Source: Bigelowiella natans CCMP2755
Taxonomy: Eukaryota; Protista; Cercozoa
Reading direction: 5' to 3'
NCBI GenBank assembly: GCA_000320545.1
Contig: ADNK01002391.1
Location: forward strand, 1-56,135
Length of the DNA stretch: 56,135 nucleotides
The position numbers were made by a program, and so were the translations under genes. The notes below the pieces were generated by a model. The model was not told where the DNA came from. It did not search any database and saw only the letters and a program-made list of their open reading frames with translations. Of this stretch, positions 38,993-52,812 are shown piece after piece (within the stretch, counting starts at the first letter, position 1; each line of letters starts with the position of its first letter).

Positions 38993-40003
38993 TAACGATG
39001 TTAACAATTGGACGATAGAAGAGAATCTTAGACATCATCTTACCGTTAGGACACAAAGAAAACAAGAGGCGGAGGAGGAGGAGGAGGAGGAGGGAAAGGA
39101 GAGAAATAGTAGGAGAGCCATACCTTATTTTGCGGTAGTTGTTGTTGTTGTTGATAATGATGATAGCCTTGATTAGTGCTTCTTTTGTTTGAAGTTGTTC
39201 CATCAGTTGTGTAGGATGAACTCTCCTCCTTCATGGGGTTTGCAGTACTACTACTACTACTACTACCACTAGTAGTAGTATTAGTAGTAGTAGTAGTAGT
39301 AGTAGTAGCAGTAGATGCTGTTGTTGTTGTCGTAGCTGCTGATTTCTCGATTGATGATGACGATGATGATGAGGGTACATCATCAAGTGTTATTTCCTCT
39401 TTTGTTTCCTTTTCATGAATATTATCACTATTATTATTATTCTTATTTCTGTGATCATCTTGTTCATCTTGCTTATCATCCTTGTTTTTATCTTCTACTT
39501 TCACATCTCTGAATATCACACCATTTCTATTGCTCTCATGATCCTCATCCTTCTTCTCCTTCTCCTCTTCCTGGTGTGCCCCAGAGTTATTTAGAGAACT
39601 ACTGGCAGAGGTGCTGGTGGGGCTTTTTATCCCAGCATAAGCAGCACTAGCACTAGCACTACTTTCGGCATGGGAGGCTCCCTCCTCCTTCCCCGTTATT
39701 TGCTGCTGGTGGTGGGTTGATGTAGATAGTGTTGTTGCTGCTGCTGCATCATCAGTGCTCTCATCAACAGAAACCACCGTTGTTGTTTCGGTTGGGGGGG
39801 AGACTACTACGTCAGATTGGCGGGGACAAGAGATCTCTTGATTATTCGTTGGTGGTTTTGGTGACGTTGATGGCGGATTTGATTTGGTAGTTGAGTATAC
39901 AGTGCTCTGATTCTTTTTCGCTGCTGCTGCTGCCCCACTTGACGATGAGGTGTCGGAAGGATCAACTGGAGGGGACTTGGAAGAAGAGACCTGTGTGTAT
40001 GTA

Positions 40004-40044
<41 letters not shown>

Positions 40045-40868
40045 TATTTTTGATGCATAAACTAATCCAAGCTAATATTGTTACCGAGCTTTTTCCAGGT
40101 TCTTGCTGCTTCCTCCTCCTCCACCTTTGCAGCACAACGTGTTTGATCCTTCGCCAACCTTTGCGCGGCTGGTCTTTGACTATTTGACTTACTTTTGTCA
40201 TGAATCTACGAATGACTTTAGAGCGACAGATGAACCTATACAACAACAACCACACACCGATGATCATCACTTGAGAAACACGCTTTGGACTTATATCCAT
40301 CTACCACCACCACCATAATCATCATCACCAACACTACCACAACTGCTGCTACCATGGCTACTGCTGATGCTGCTACTACTGTGGTGGTGGTGTTGGTGGT
40401 GGTGGTGTGCTTGTGGTGGCAAACACCAAACTACCAGTTTTTGATTCGTTGAATACGTGTGGGAATAGAAGATACTCCCTCCTTCTCACCACGTTCTTGA
40501 TTAGAACCTAAATCACTGGAACTTGTGAGATTTGATGTGCTAGTAGCGTTACTGGTTCCTCTCCCATCTTCATGCTTTGGGTTGTCGCCGTGAGTCAGCA
40601 GCCCGCTGCCAAGAAGGCCTCCAGTGTTTATAGCATCATCATATTGTCGGCGATTATGTTCTTCTTGAGCATACACGCTTGGAAAGTAGGAGTTGTTCGT
40701 AGTAGGTCTTTGTGATACTAGGACGGCTGCTGATAATAGAAGCAGTACCACGAGGAAGAACACAGAAGAGACCGATTGTACGATGATGATGCGACGACGA
40801 TCCAATTTGTAGTTGCCAGATCTTCCCGCCCCACCTCCTTCCTTCTGATTTCTTAAGAGTGGCTCCAT
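35905..40868 (-). CDS. Type II membrane protein with long S/T-rich stalk and C-terminal cyclophilin-like domain
   Basis: MEPLL.. plus signal anchor (FFLVVLLLLSAAVLV); low-complexity exon ~39167-39790; GEVILEVHDSWAPYASGRFLQLANTGFYAGNKFFKVEENFVAHFGINGDP, DPVKESNKRGYLSFA, EVFINLVDNTHLDDEGFAPFARIVSG and GNRYLEENYPQLSFI. Confidence 0.88.
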
Positions 40869-40999
40869 ATGAGCTGAAGGAGTAAGGGGGGTCGCGCAGA
40901 AATTCGCTTTGCAGCCTTGCCAGTGAAGGAAGACGACTAAGTACACAACACACATTAGATCAGGTTTGAATAATCTGATGAGGACATGCATTTCATACA

Positions 41000-43229
41000 G
41001 CTGCCCAGTCATTCCATATCTCCCGAATCTAACTCTTTGATCATTAGTGAAGATCAATGCTGTTCCTGCCAACTCAGATTGAAATCCATGCTCTCGCTGG
41101 ACAGGGTAGGCTAGTAGGGTAAATACGAGGGGGGGACCTGTTCGGCAAGGACCGAGAAGAATGACACGTGCACTGTTCAGACATAGCAGAGGGAAAAGGC
41201 TCACTCTCATGCTGGATATTAAGGTAATTTGATACTAGAGACATGTCCAATGTCATGTCGCTTTGAACGTGGAACCTGCATCCACTCGATATTTCTAAGT
41301 ATGAAAGCGACAATGATGTTTTGATGTCGTAAAAGAATATTCCCAATGCAAATACTATTTCATGCACATGTTTTTGTGCACATATGAGCATGTAAATAAG
41401 ACATAATATCGGAGCCATGTTTCGGAAGTAGAAGATGGATCAATTGCTCGGAACAACTCACCTCTCTCTCACCCCATTTCCGAAGAAAAATCCAGCATGG
41501 ATGGAGCCCTGTTGAAGACTACGATATTCACAAACTCGCCCCTTCTACTACGAATAATGACTGCACATAAAATTGCCTTCATCGACATGTTTATGTTGCA
41601 TGCTGCTTTCTGAAGAGACAATAAACTGCTTATCCATATCAGGAACTAACACAGAAGCAAAGACAAACTTTAATGCGTCCCTGTCTAGTCTTCACAGTCT
41701 ATGCAAAAAGGTGTATGTAACCGATTCCTCTGCGTGTCGTCATATAACAATAGTAAGTAATTCGTTGATTTTTTTGGTCTCAGATCGAGAAGTTTTGGTG
41801 CTGCGACCATGAAGATAGCGATGACGACCCCCTCCACTCTCCATACGCATCCTTCGTTGAGGATGATTCACCCAATTCAACAATTCTTGATAAGTATCCA
41901 TCTTTGATTGCCCTACGGCTCCTGGAGCAGCTTCGTATGGGTAAATTTAGTAGTATTGAGTAACTAAATTTCAACAAGGCAACGTTGAGCAGCTAGATAC
42001 TGTTACTCCATAAAGATCACCACCTCGATTCAACAACTACGCAGCTCTAAGGGCTCTTTTCGTCCATCCCCAAGATGACAAATCTACTGCTATAGCTGGT
42101 GATGATGAAATAAGGGCACTCAACCGTCTAGGTAATTAATGTCACCGTTGTTGCTATTACTACTACTACTACTACTACGGCTACTACTACGGCTACTACT
42201 ACTACGGCTACTACTACTACTACTTATAAGTTTATCTTGTTGGGTATACTGAGAAATATTGCTCCATGTTCTTCACATCAGGATTCAAGTTTCATAATCT
42301 AAATATAAGTTTCCACCAATTTCTGTGTATTGCGACTCCTATTGGTAGTATTGTGTAGGCTTAGAGTAAGAAGGGGGAGCAGGGGAGGGACGAAACATTA
42401 TATCAACAAATCCAGTAGCCAAAAAGAAAAAGTAGTAGAAGTAGCGACGAATAAAATTGTACATTGACCGATGAAAAAGTTTAGATGTTTTATTCAATGA
42501 TTTTAGCATTCTCCTCTTCCCCTCCTCCTGTTTGTTGTTTGATTATCATTAGAACGATTGAGAAACCGTTACTGGCTAGGGGAGAGTGTATTTCCACGAG
42601 AAGATGACAACAACCCCAGTGGTTTGTGATGATGTAGAGGAGGAGAGGCTGTGTTTTCATTCAAAGAAGTTTCTAATATACTAAATCACAACTACTAAAA
42701 TAGACTACCACTGCTAGGAGAGATTGCATAGAGTTAGATTGTATGTAAACAGCTTCTATCTTGTAGTAATATATAAACCTTATTGTGGGCAGCTGATAGC
42801 GCTGCTTCTACTTCTTATCGCCGCCTCTGTCCTCACAAGGGTCTCCACAATTGCGTAGTCATAGCAGATAACATAAGGTGGGAATCTTGATGATCTTAAT
42901 GATGATGATGATCACGACAGCAGCAGCATGTTGAATTCATAGAGTGATATATGGTTTTGTCCACGTCGTTTTATGTCGCCGGTTGCTGTTGTGATTGTCA
43001 CTGCTGGCTGCTTCTACTCTTCCCCCCACCACTAAACCCACTTCTAATTTTAGATCAGCATTCAACGTTGGTTCAATTCTGAGAACATCTGAGGTAGTAG
43101 TAGTAGTAGTAGCAGTAGTAGTAGTAGCTTTAGTAGTAATAAGTTGAGCATGCATATTATGGCGCAATAGCACGGCTCACAACGTACATACCATCCATCA
43201 TCATCAGACCTATCGTCTATTAAGTACAA

Positions 43230-43260
<31 letters not shown>

Positions 43261-44271
43261 ATAGTGTCTTGGTGTCAAGAAAGTTTACCTATGCGGCTAT
43301 ACGCCTCTACCATCAAAGGTGAGGGAGGAGGGAGAGAAGATGGTGATAACGTTACGATTACATTTACTGCCTATGATTCCTAACAATGCTACAGGAGGAG
43401 TTGCAGCACCAACAACAGCAAAAGTGTGAGGTAAGTAGCAGCAGCAGGCCATTGGAACGATCTGCTTTGAACTCAGACAAGTATTTGGAATGGGAATGGC
43501 GACGGAGTGCTTCTCAGGTTGTTGGCATTGTAGACACAATCAACTAGTAAGAGCAGCAGTATTTTAAGATAATAGAAGAGGGGGGGGATGAGAACACTAC
43601 CATCGTGTGTGTATTTCAGGTCGTCGATACGCTTCTTAAAGAAAACTACACCATACTTGCTCTTGAAAACAGTGAGATGTTCAACATACCGATCATCATC
43701 AATATCATCACTATTATCATCATCATCATCATCATCATCATTGCTACATTAGTAGTAACAATAGTAGTAGTAGTAGTAGCAGCAGCAGCAGCAGCATTCT
43801 CTTGCCCACTAGCACCATGTTTCCCATGCATTTCAATTGTTGATGTTCTCTTTTTGTAAGTCTATTGCACTAGTCAGTCATAGCTTTGTCTTCTTCCAAT
43901 AATCCAAACAAAAGATCTGCCTCCCCTTTCTTCTTCCGACTCCTACAACGGAAACAACGTGAAGCCCGATGATGATGATGATAATGATGAGCATGATGGT
44001 GATGATAATTTCTGTGAAAAGGAAAATGCTACTAGTATAAAGATGTAGTAGTAGAATTACCAGCAATAAGCATAGTAAAAGTACTGATATACATGAGTGG
44101 ACAATCCTGTTCGTTTTGTAATCGTGGTCATCGTTCTAATTAAACATTACTCACTAATAGCATGTGCAGTTGGAATCTCTCTTTACCTTCAAGGTGTTCC
44201 AAAATGCTTCTGCGACAGCACTTGTACTAGGTGATGATTGGATGATAATCCAGCATGACAATAAGGGGGGG

Positions 44272-44305
<34 letters not shown>

Positions 44306-44704
44306 AAGTAGTAATATGGTTATCATAGTCGTCGTTAATTTAATGATAATTATATGATATCAGGTATAAATACAATGCACGTACGTTCTTGGGGTAGATA
44401 ATGATTTAAGGTTATTATTTTCTTGGATATAATATGGCAGGCAATGAGCGTTATGGTATCGATCGCTATCTCTGGAGCAAGTAAGTTGCATCGAGGACAT
44501 TGAAACAGCAGAACCACCAGATAGTAGCATTAAACATCATTTAACCGTGATCTGAAGCCACAGAGGTATGATGTTTACAGGTGTAACTATACTGTGGAAA
44601 TACCGGTGTATGGAAAGAAACGCTCTCTCAACGTAGCAATTGCCTTTGCTGTAATTGGCTATGAATTATTAAGACAGTACCAACAGGATCACCACAAAAT
44701 ATGA
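41000..44704 (+). CDS. SpoU/TrmH-family (SPOUT) RNA 2'-O-methyltransferase with long N-terminal extension (start uncertain)
   Basis: Spliced [59 protein letters not shown] and VEIPVYGKKRSLNVAIAFAVIGYELLRQ, i.e. SPOUT motifs 1-3. Confidence 0.9.
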
Positions 44705-44919
44705 CAAAGATGTGTCATTTCCATGACTTATTGTTGGATCATAGTAGTCATAATGTACTTGCTAATATGCAGAGGGCAGCTGCTGCATTCCTATTTGTGC
44801 AACGAACTAACAATACCGAAGATTTCGTTTGTGATGAGAATGATTTCGCCGATATTTGGTATTTGGCACAGATAACATATATGTTTGTAGACATGTATGT
44901 GTGTACATATATACATACA

Positions 44920-45850
44920 TCATGTGTGTGCGTGTGTGTGCGTGTGGCTACCAGAATTTATTGGGGAGGATCAAACTGTTGTTACCTGCTGTACGTGCAC
45001 GGCGCGCCGATTATGACGTTCATTGTGCTTGCAACATTACGACGTATTGCTTTGTACGACATAAGTCTACCACGATGTCTAGATGTGTCAAGCAGCCCCT
45101 GCTAGCCTAGTAAACATTTCTACATTTAGGCACCAGCCCCAACTACACAGCAGCGCTTATCTAGCTCATATTCATTGCATTACTATGTGTGTCATGTTTG
45201 ATCAAATAATAGACACAGCAATACACTAATCATTCAAAATTGTAATGCAACATCGCATGCAGCCGTGAAATCTTATACGTGCATTGTTCACATGCTAGAT
45301 AAAGCATGCACATCTAGACGTACAGACATGAATGTGTTGTGGGCAAGCGCCTATCACGCCACATCATTGCAGACACATGTTGACTATTGTTGTGCTCTCG
45401 ATGTTTGCTGCATGGGAATGAATAAGCCATGGATTTGCATTTCTAGATTTGTCGCAAGCTATTAACATGCATCCATCACAGCAGCGCACATGCGTTCAGA
45501 CAACACAAAAGTACAACGTTGTTGTGCAGGACAACACATTGTTTCTCGATCATCAAGCGAGTTTATGTCGATCTGGCGGTATCAGTAAATATCAGGGCCA
45601 TGCAAGGGGGCTGCACAACGATGGCATACAAATACCTGGAGGACATAGCTAGCAAATCAATTCGTGCTGTGGAAGCTAGCCTAGCCAACACGCCACACGA
45701 TAGCTGCACACTACTTGCATGCATTGAATCGAATATGATGATGCGATTGAAATGTATGCTCGGTGTGCGTTGAGTATTACGTGTGACTGTTACATCATGC
45801 GTGTAATACTGAAAGCACTTGTAACCCTAAATGGCATCCATATTGCAGTA
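44920..45850. other. Palindrome-rich convergent-junction tract (SpoU / gene 11)
   Basis: gtacgtgcac, ggcgcgcc, gcatgcacatctagacgtac, tgcatgca, gctagc. Confidence 0.75.
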
Positions 45851-45874
45851 GTGTTGCAATAAACTTCAAATTCA

Positions 45875-47679
45875 TTAGCTCCTTCCGTATTTGTTTTTCA
45901 GAATCTTTTGAACCTAGCCATAGTTTTAATAAGTTTTCATATCTAACATTGTGTCCTTGTCATACTAGATTGACTCAATAATTTGCTGCTAAGAAGCAAA
46001 TAGATTTTCCAATGAGGCAATGTTTCATTCATAAGCAGTCCAGTTCAACACAACAACACGAACTACTACCACTACTTCTGCAATAACTTTACCTTTCGAG
46101 CATCTGATTTAGCACGATTTTTCTCTTGAAATCGTTGGGATTTTCTCGTATGTAGTTCTTTCATGCGGACTTGTTTTCCTCCTCTTCTCCTCTTCCTAAA
46201 AAATTGGACAAATATTGCTTGCATTGTTCATCTATTCAACATGGATCAGTATCGACTACGACTAATGGGGAACAAACCTCACAGCAGTCAAGAGTACTCT
46301 TTGTTTTCACATGATGATATTTGTGGATTAGTAATGTACAACCCTGTATACTCAGGGGCATTCAATATCGTCGCAAAGTCAGGAGCCTCTGGATTATTTC
46401 AAATTATGAGTCTTAATCTTAATTAATGGTTAAATCATTCACAGTTTTAGTAGTAGTATGTGGTAGTAGTAGTTGAACCGTATGGCTGTTGTTTGGGCAA
46501 GGGTCTGAAAGATAAGGGACCCGCGTAGTTGGATGACGACTTTTCAAATTCTACATTGATCGTAAAGAGAAGAACCACTAGTAATTATTTAAGAAGGCTA
46601 AGGTAGGCCGTAAGGTATGAATGGTAATAATGTAGTTGATATTGATATATCACCCTCTCCCCCCTCAAAACATATGGCCGTTGTTACCTTCTTCCTCTTC
46701 TTTCTCCATTTCTTCCTGCAGCTTTTCAAGTGCGGTGGTAGGTGCTCCCAACGCATCTTCTCCTTCTGATAAATGGACAACGACAGACAAAAACATGAAA
46801 TGGGAAGGGAGATTATATATCATGTGTATTGTCCAGACAATAATGCATAGCTACAACGATCAGACTATATATACGAACAACACATCAAGAACCCAAAACA
46901 GATTAATATCTGCTATACTTATACGCCGACACTTCTTTTTCTTCTTCTTCTTTTTCTTCTTCTTCTTCTTCTTCTTCTTCTTCTTCTTCTTCTTTCCAAA
47001 CATCATCCCAGTATGATTGCTCTTCCATAATACGACTACTACTACTACTACTACTACTACTACTGCCACTACGATAATTGATTTCACTACTACTCACAAC
47101 CATCAGAGGGAGGCTCATCAGGAGGGGGTAGTGGCTCATCAGGCACATTCCATTCTCTTCTTATCAAGGAAGGGTCAGCTTCTATATCTGTTAGTCCTTC
47201 TGTCTGAGCATCTTCATCATCAATCTCATCGTCACGAGCAGCCTGCTCTCCATTTTGTGAAACAACAGAAAAACACGACGACTTAACAATGTTGGTGTGT
47301 AGTAACGATATTGGCCATACACTATGCTTGTTATCCTTCGCGTTATTACCTGTTGCTTATGTTGCTCAAACATCTTGGAAAAAGGATCGTAAGATGGAAG
47401 AACCCCTCTGCTCCTAACAACAACAACAAAAACAACAACAAGAATGGCAACCCTTACAACAACACAACCCTTTTCCTCTGTCTACAAACAACAGAATGGC
47501 CCTTACAATAACATACTTTTATCTTCTTTTGCTTTCATTGCTTAAACAACAACAATCAATCACGGTTACACAACACATTGTTTCTCTCATTGGGTAGAAT
47601 TACGTTCGAATTTCTTCCTCAGTTTGCTGTTTTGATGGCGTAGCTCTCTCCCTTCTATGAGTTTTCTGTTGCCTGTAGT

Positions 47680-47715
<36 letters not shown>

Positions 47716-48415
47716 GTGACGAAAACTCATCACCATTATCATCATCACCATCATCATCATCATCACCATCTGTAAATCGTACTACCTATATTCTGCGCCA
47801 GCGTTCTTCAATTCATGCAACTTGTGTATTAACGCCTCTCTGTGGAAGAAGACGAAGAAGAGAATGGACGCACAAAGAGGGATCATGATAATAACACACA
47901 CACACACACACACACATTCATATTATCATCATGATATCATAAAAACCTACCGTTGATCACCATCATCCGTCTCTCGTATGGCATTTTCTAGTTCTGCTAT
48001 TTGAGCCTAACGATGTTTTGTACTGTCTTGTTAGTCACAACTACTATTTTTTCTAAAATAAATTCTGTAAAAAAACACGTATATCTACATATACTTGTTT
48101 CTTAGTGAGAAATGGTATTATTTTCCCAAGTTATCTCGGTGTATGTGGTACATAAGCAACAAAAGCAACAAAGGCTGAAATGTACGGCCAACATCTGACA
48201 AAAGAACGCGACCACCTTCTCTGCTTCATGTGCATCTTTATATTCCATCACTCCTTCCAGCTCGTTAAGCTGTTTCTACAACAATAATATCAACCACAAA
48301 GAAGAAAATGATGGCAGGAGATGAGAAGAGAGAAAGAGAGAAAGAGAGAGAACGACAGATGCCTCATCAAATTTGAAAATACGCTGCATCATAATCACTA
48401 CCTTCTTGGGCGCCG

Positions 48416-48470
<55 letters not shown>

Positions 48471-49169
48471 GACTACACACCTCACGCACTCATCAATATA
48501 AACGATTTACCTTAAGTCGGGACTCTTCGTCGTCGTCGTCATCATGATGTTCTCCTCGAACAAATCGTCCTCTTTCCTCTTCTTCTTCTTCTTCTCCGTA
48601 CCCAGCATCTGCTAACTCTTTATAACCCCCTCTTCCACCGTGGATTCTTCTGCACATTGACATATGATGGAATCACTACTAGTATCACTACTATGTACTA
48701 CTGTTACTTGTACTATTTATTATCCCGCATTAGAAAGAAGTACCTTACAACAAATGCATTATTATTACCTGAGAAGGACCCTGAGATTGCTGTTTCTTAT
48801 TAGCGGTACTGACGATAATAATCGCTTTTTATGCCTCCTATCTAGAGCTATGATCTGGTGTCGGTCAGCAGTAGCAGCGTTAAGGAGGCGATGATGATGG
48901 TAATGATAATCACCGGATTGGACCAGTAATAACAACGCAGTAATCCACATTGCTGCTGCCACCAAGATCAACAACAATACGAAATTGAATATTGAAGGAG
49001 AATAAAGAAGCGTGAGGATATGCGTGTTCCAGGAAGCCAAGGAGACTTTGTCTGGAGATTGTGACGTTTTCGTTGTCTTCGGACTACTACTACTACTACT
49101 ACTACTACTTACATGCAGCAGCAGCAGAAAGTATAGTACTGCAGCAGAGATTAAAGCACCGTAATCCAT
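45875..49169 (-). CDS. Uncharacterised protein with bipartite presequence ending in LLRGG, acidic/coiled-coil middle and basic C-terminus
   Basis: Exon 1 has two hydrophobic segments and an R-rich stretch; splicing gives NLRVLLR|GGYKEL. Later exons read KQLNELEGVMEY, AQIAELENAIRE and KRRRGGKQVRMKELHTRKSQRFQEKNRAKSDARK|VQKILKNKYGRS*. Confidence 0.72.
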
Positions 49170-49244
49170 TGCTTCGGAGGACCAAATGATTTTTTTTATC
49201 CCCCACCCCCCCCTTATTTTCTATGTACTACATGTACTCAAAAG

Positions 49245-50678
49245 ATGTACAACTCCTCGGTTGGGCATCTTCTCATTTGCCGACGAGGATTCATATATAA
49301 TAAAGCGCGACAAAGAATCATCACAATTTTAGCTAAAAACGCAGGCCAATTACTGTATTTATCCAAAATATGAAGATTACTCCGGTACTGCCAGGCACTC
49401 CATGTTTTCAAATATTCAAAAACTACTACTTTGAGACCACATAACCAACCTCCAGATCAAAGAAGCATCTACCTACTCATAAGATGATAGCCCCACTCGT
49501 GCTATTAACTCATTTTTTACTTCTCGTGGAAGGGTCTGTTAGAATGGGAATCCTTCAGAATGTAAGTAGCGCCTATGTTGTAGATTGTTGGTATACTGAC
49601 TGGGATACTACTCATTGATGATAACAATTTGCCAGGACACCAGCCAATCCAACACAGAAAATCAGAGACATTCGGTTAAGCTGACCGGTGGTGCTCCTCA
49701 CCGCATGTAATAATTTGTGAACGAGAGAAGGCATGAGAGAGTTGGGAGGGATGGATATCGGGACAGTTGATTGAACCTACGTTCATTTCTCCTCCTCCTC
49801 CCCCCCCCCTCTACTCGAAGGTGTATGGCAAACTATGCGCACTTTAACGGCATGAGTGACACGGAAAAAGATTTAACTGCACCAATGGTGATGTCAAACC
49901 AGTAACGACTACGTAACATACCCTTCAATCCTTCATGATCACGATTCATAACATAGTTATCACAAACTTTTTCTTAGGCTGAGGGAACCAAAATTGGCAG
50001 TGGGAAGAGGGTTGGTGGCAGCAAGCACAAGCCTAGGAGAGTGCACATTGAAATGCATAGAAGCTCTGGAGAATTCTACATTTATGTGTTTAAGGTGCCA
50101 GTGTCAGGAAGGGGGGAGAGGATGGCTTGGGAATAAAGTAGAGAGAGTGATTGTTGAATAAATGATGGTTGTAGTAATATCCCCAATGTTTAGGATGAGA
50201 AACAGAACTGCACGTTTTGAATGTTGGTTCGATATTCATAGAAAGCGACACATTGAAAAATTTCCATATTTTGCTATCCTCTTCATTTCCTACTTGTTAT
50301 CCAACCATTCTCTTTCCATTTTAGAATGACGCCACAAAGCCAATCAGTTTGTACACTAGAGCCGACAACAAAATCACGGTAACACATACATATATGAAAC
50401 ATTTATACTGAAATCGAATAGAAAAAGAAAATGAAGAAGAATAAGTTAGAGGAGATAATTAATTCATTCAGTCGTCCACATGAAGTATATTGTTGTTTAC
50501 TCACATGGGTCGATTGACGACTGTACAGGACTCTAAATTAGACTATACTGAGTGTATACGTATGCCAATACTGTGCTGCTCTTCTTTGAATGATCCTATT
50601 TATCTCAGGCAACATTTGATCCTACTGAAGTCGTAGTTACAAATACAGAGGTATGGTACATGTATGATAATAGCAATC

Positions 50679-50710
<32 letters not shown>

Positions 50711-51135
50711 ACCACAAATACAAAGGAGGACAACAACAAAGAAGATGATGGTAGTAGGAGGGAGAGGACGTAATATTTACTCAATACAACAATTATGCTT
50801 ATCAACCGTCGTACTAGCAGTGTGCTATTGTTACCCCTACTGTATATCATCAAAGTGATGTGTGTGGTGTCCTAACAGCTCCCCACCACCACCATTACCC
50901 TGTGTGGCCTCTTCCTCCTCCTCATCATCATCTCTATCAGCTTGGAGAGAAGCAATACAAGCTCACGGCAACAGCAGTAAAGGTTAGTCGTCACTGTGGT
51001 GTGTGTCCCACAATCATATTGACAGACTTTCAGTCAGCAAGCGAGCAACACCCCCTATGTGTTTGATCACTTACGCATGAGATTTACCAGCAGCAGAAGT
51101 AACAATACTAGTAAGCTTGAGAGAGGTTGTTGTAG

Positions 51136-51187
<52 letters not shown>

Positions 51188-52722
51188 CGACACCCATTAA
51201 CCATTAGCTGCAAAACAAGTCACTACTGAACAAGAACGAAGTGCTGTTATGATTTATCGAAATAATACGAAGGTCCTTGAGCCAGAGAAAACAGATTGTA
51301 AAGTCGGGAAGACTTGTACGATTTCAATCAAGGTTTTGAGTCAGTCAGTAATCTACGGTCTTATTTATCGACGGAAGAAGATGAGGAGGAGGAGGAGGAG
51401 GAGAGGAAAAGTGTAGATACATGATAATCCAAAGATGACAACAAGCTGCTCCTTGCTTTCGTGCTGCTCATTGCTTAGACTTCCGACGATAAAGTTCTCT
51501 CTGATTGCCTCTCGTAATTATCATTCCACACATACACCCCCATATGTTTTATGTTTAACTGATATTGCTATCATATTGAAGTCGAAGAGAGGATGATGAT
51601 GATGATGATAAGGTTAATGATTATGATAAGGTTAATGATTATGATAACGGTGATGTCGTCAGGTACCTGAAGAATGGCTACCTTTTGAAGCCGTACTATG
51701 TGCTCAATACAATGTTCCGAGCCCTTGAAAATGAATTGAGCATCACCGGTAAGTAGGTAGGTAGGTAGCAGCCTACTACTAATAAGCAGCATAGTAGTGG
51801 TAGTAGTAGTAGTAGTAGTAGTAGTAGCAGCAGGAGCAGCAAGAGTAGGAAAAGAAGAGAACACTATTTACAATTTCAAACTAAGAGAGAAAAAGAATGA
51901 AAAAAAGTTACAGTTGAAAAAGAAAGGAATCATATAAGCCGTTATTAGCACATTCGTTGATTTTAAAGTCCATTTGTTTTACCTAACGTCATCTTCTTCA
52001 ACATTAGTTGATATGTTTGTATTTATGATATTATAATTTTAGAGGGTATCTTCAGAAGACCAGGAATAGTAACAAATTACAATGCTGTAATCGAGAAGGT
52101 GGTAGTCGTTAGATGTTCTTAGTGAAAGATGATGCCAGATATACTGTTGGATTGCAATAATAAGCAACAACAAGGCATTTGAAAAGTTTAATGACGTCGG
52201 CACATTCTCTCTCTTCCCCTCCTACTAACAAGCTCTCTTCATCTTCTTCCTGATGTCACTTTCTTCGTTCGCCTCCTACACCAACCTCCCACTAATCTAA
52301 ATGGAACATTGTGTGGTCAAAGGCGAGGGCTGGGACCCTTAGTGAGGAAGACTCTGAAGTCAAAACTAAAGCTGGTGAGTAGCAGCAGCAGTTGAACTTA
52401 CATTTTCACCCTAATCAAAAGAATTGAAGATATGGTTTTCGAATCTACAAAGGAGAGGAGGAGGAGGAGGAGGAGGAGGAGGAGGAGGAGCTTTATAATC
52501 ATCATAAATGTGCTGCTATGATTTACTATTAAGGTGCGCTGAAGCAATTCGTCAGAAGTGAAATTCCTACCATTATCCCTGATTTCAAATACCAAGAATT
52601 CGCTCAAACAGCGAGGGAACAAATGAAGGTAGTACTGAGAGCAGGAACGATGCTTATGGTGGCGCTGTTGGTGGTATGGATGGTAGAGTATAGCAAAGTC
52701 ATTTTTTACTCTCCCCCCCATA

Positions 52723-52764
<42 letters not shown>

Positions 52765-52780
52765 GAGTGTGTTTGTGTGG

Positions 52781-52812
<32 letters not shown>

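Noticed and set aside
40869-41210. N-terminal extension of ORF 40431-41210
   Set aside because: MEPLL at 40868 precedes the signal anchor like a normal type II start. The upstream part overlaps the divergent spacer and the SpoU 5' region.
43661-43960. Apparent frameshift after ALEN in the SpoU gene
   Set aside because: An AG/GT-bounded exon at ~43915-43958 (NLPPLSSSDSYNGNN) restores the phase.
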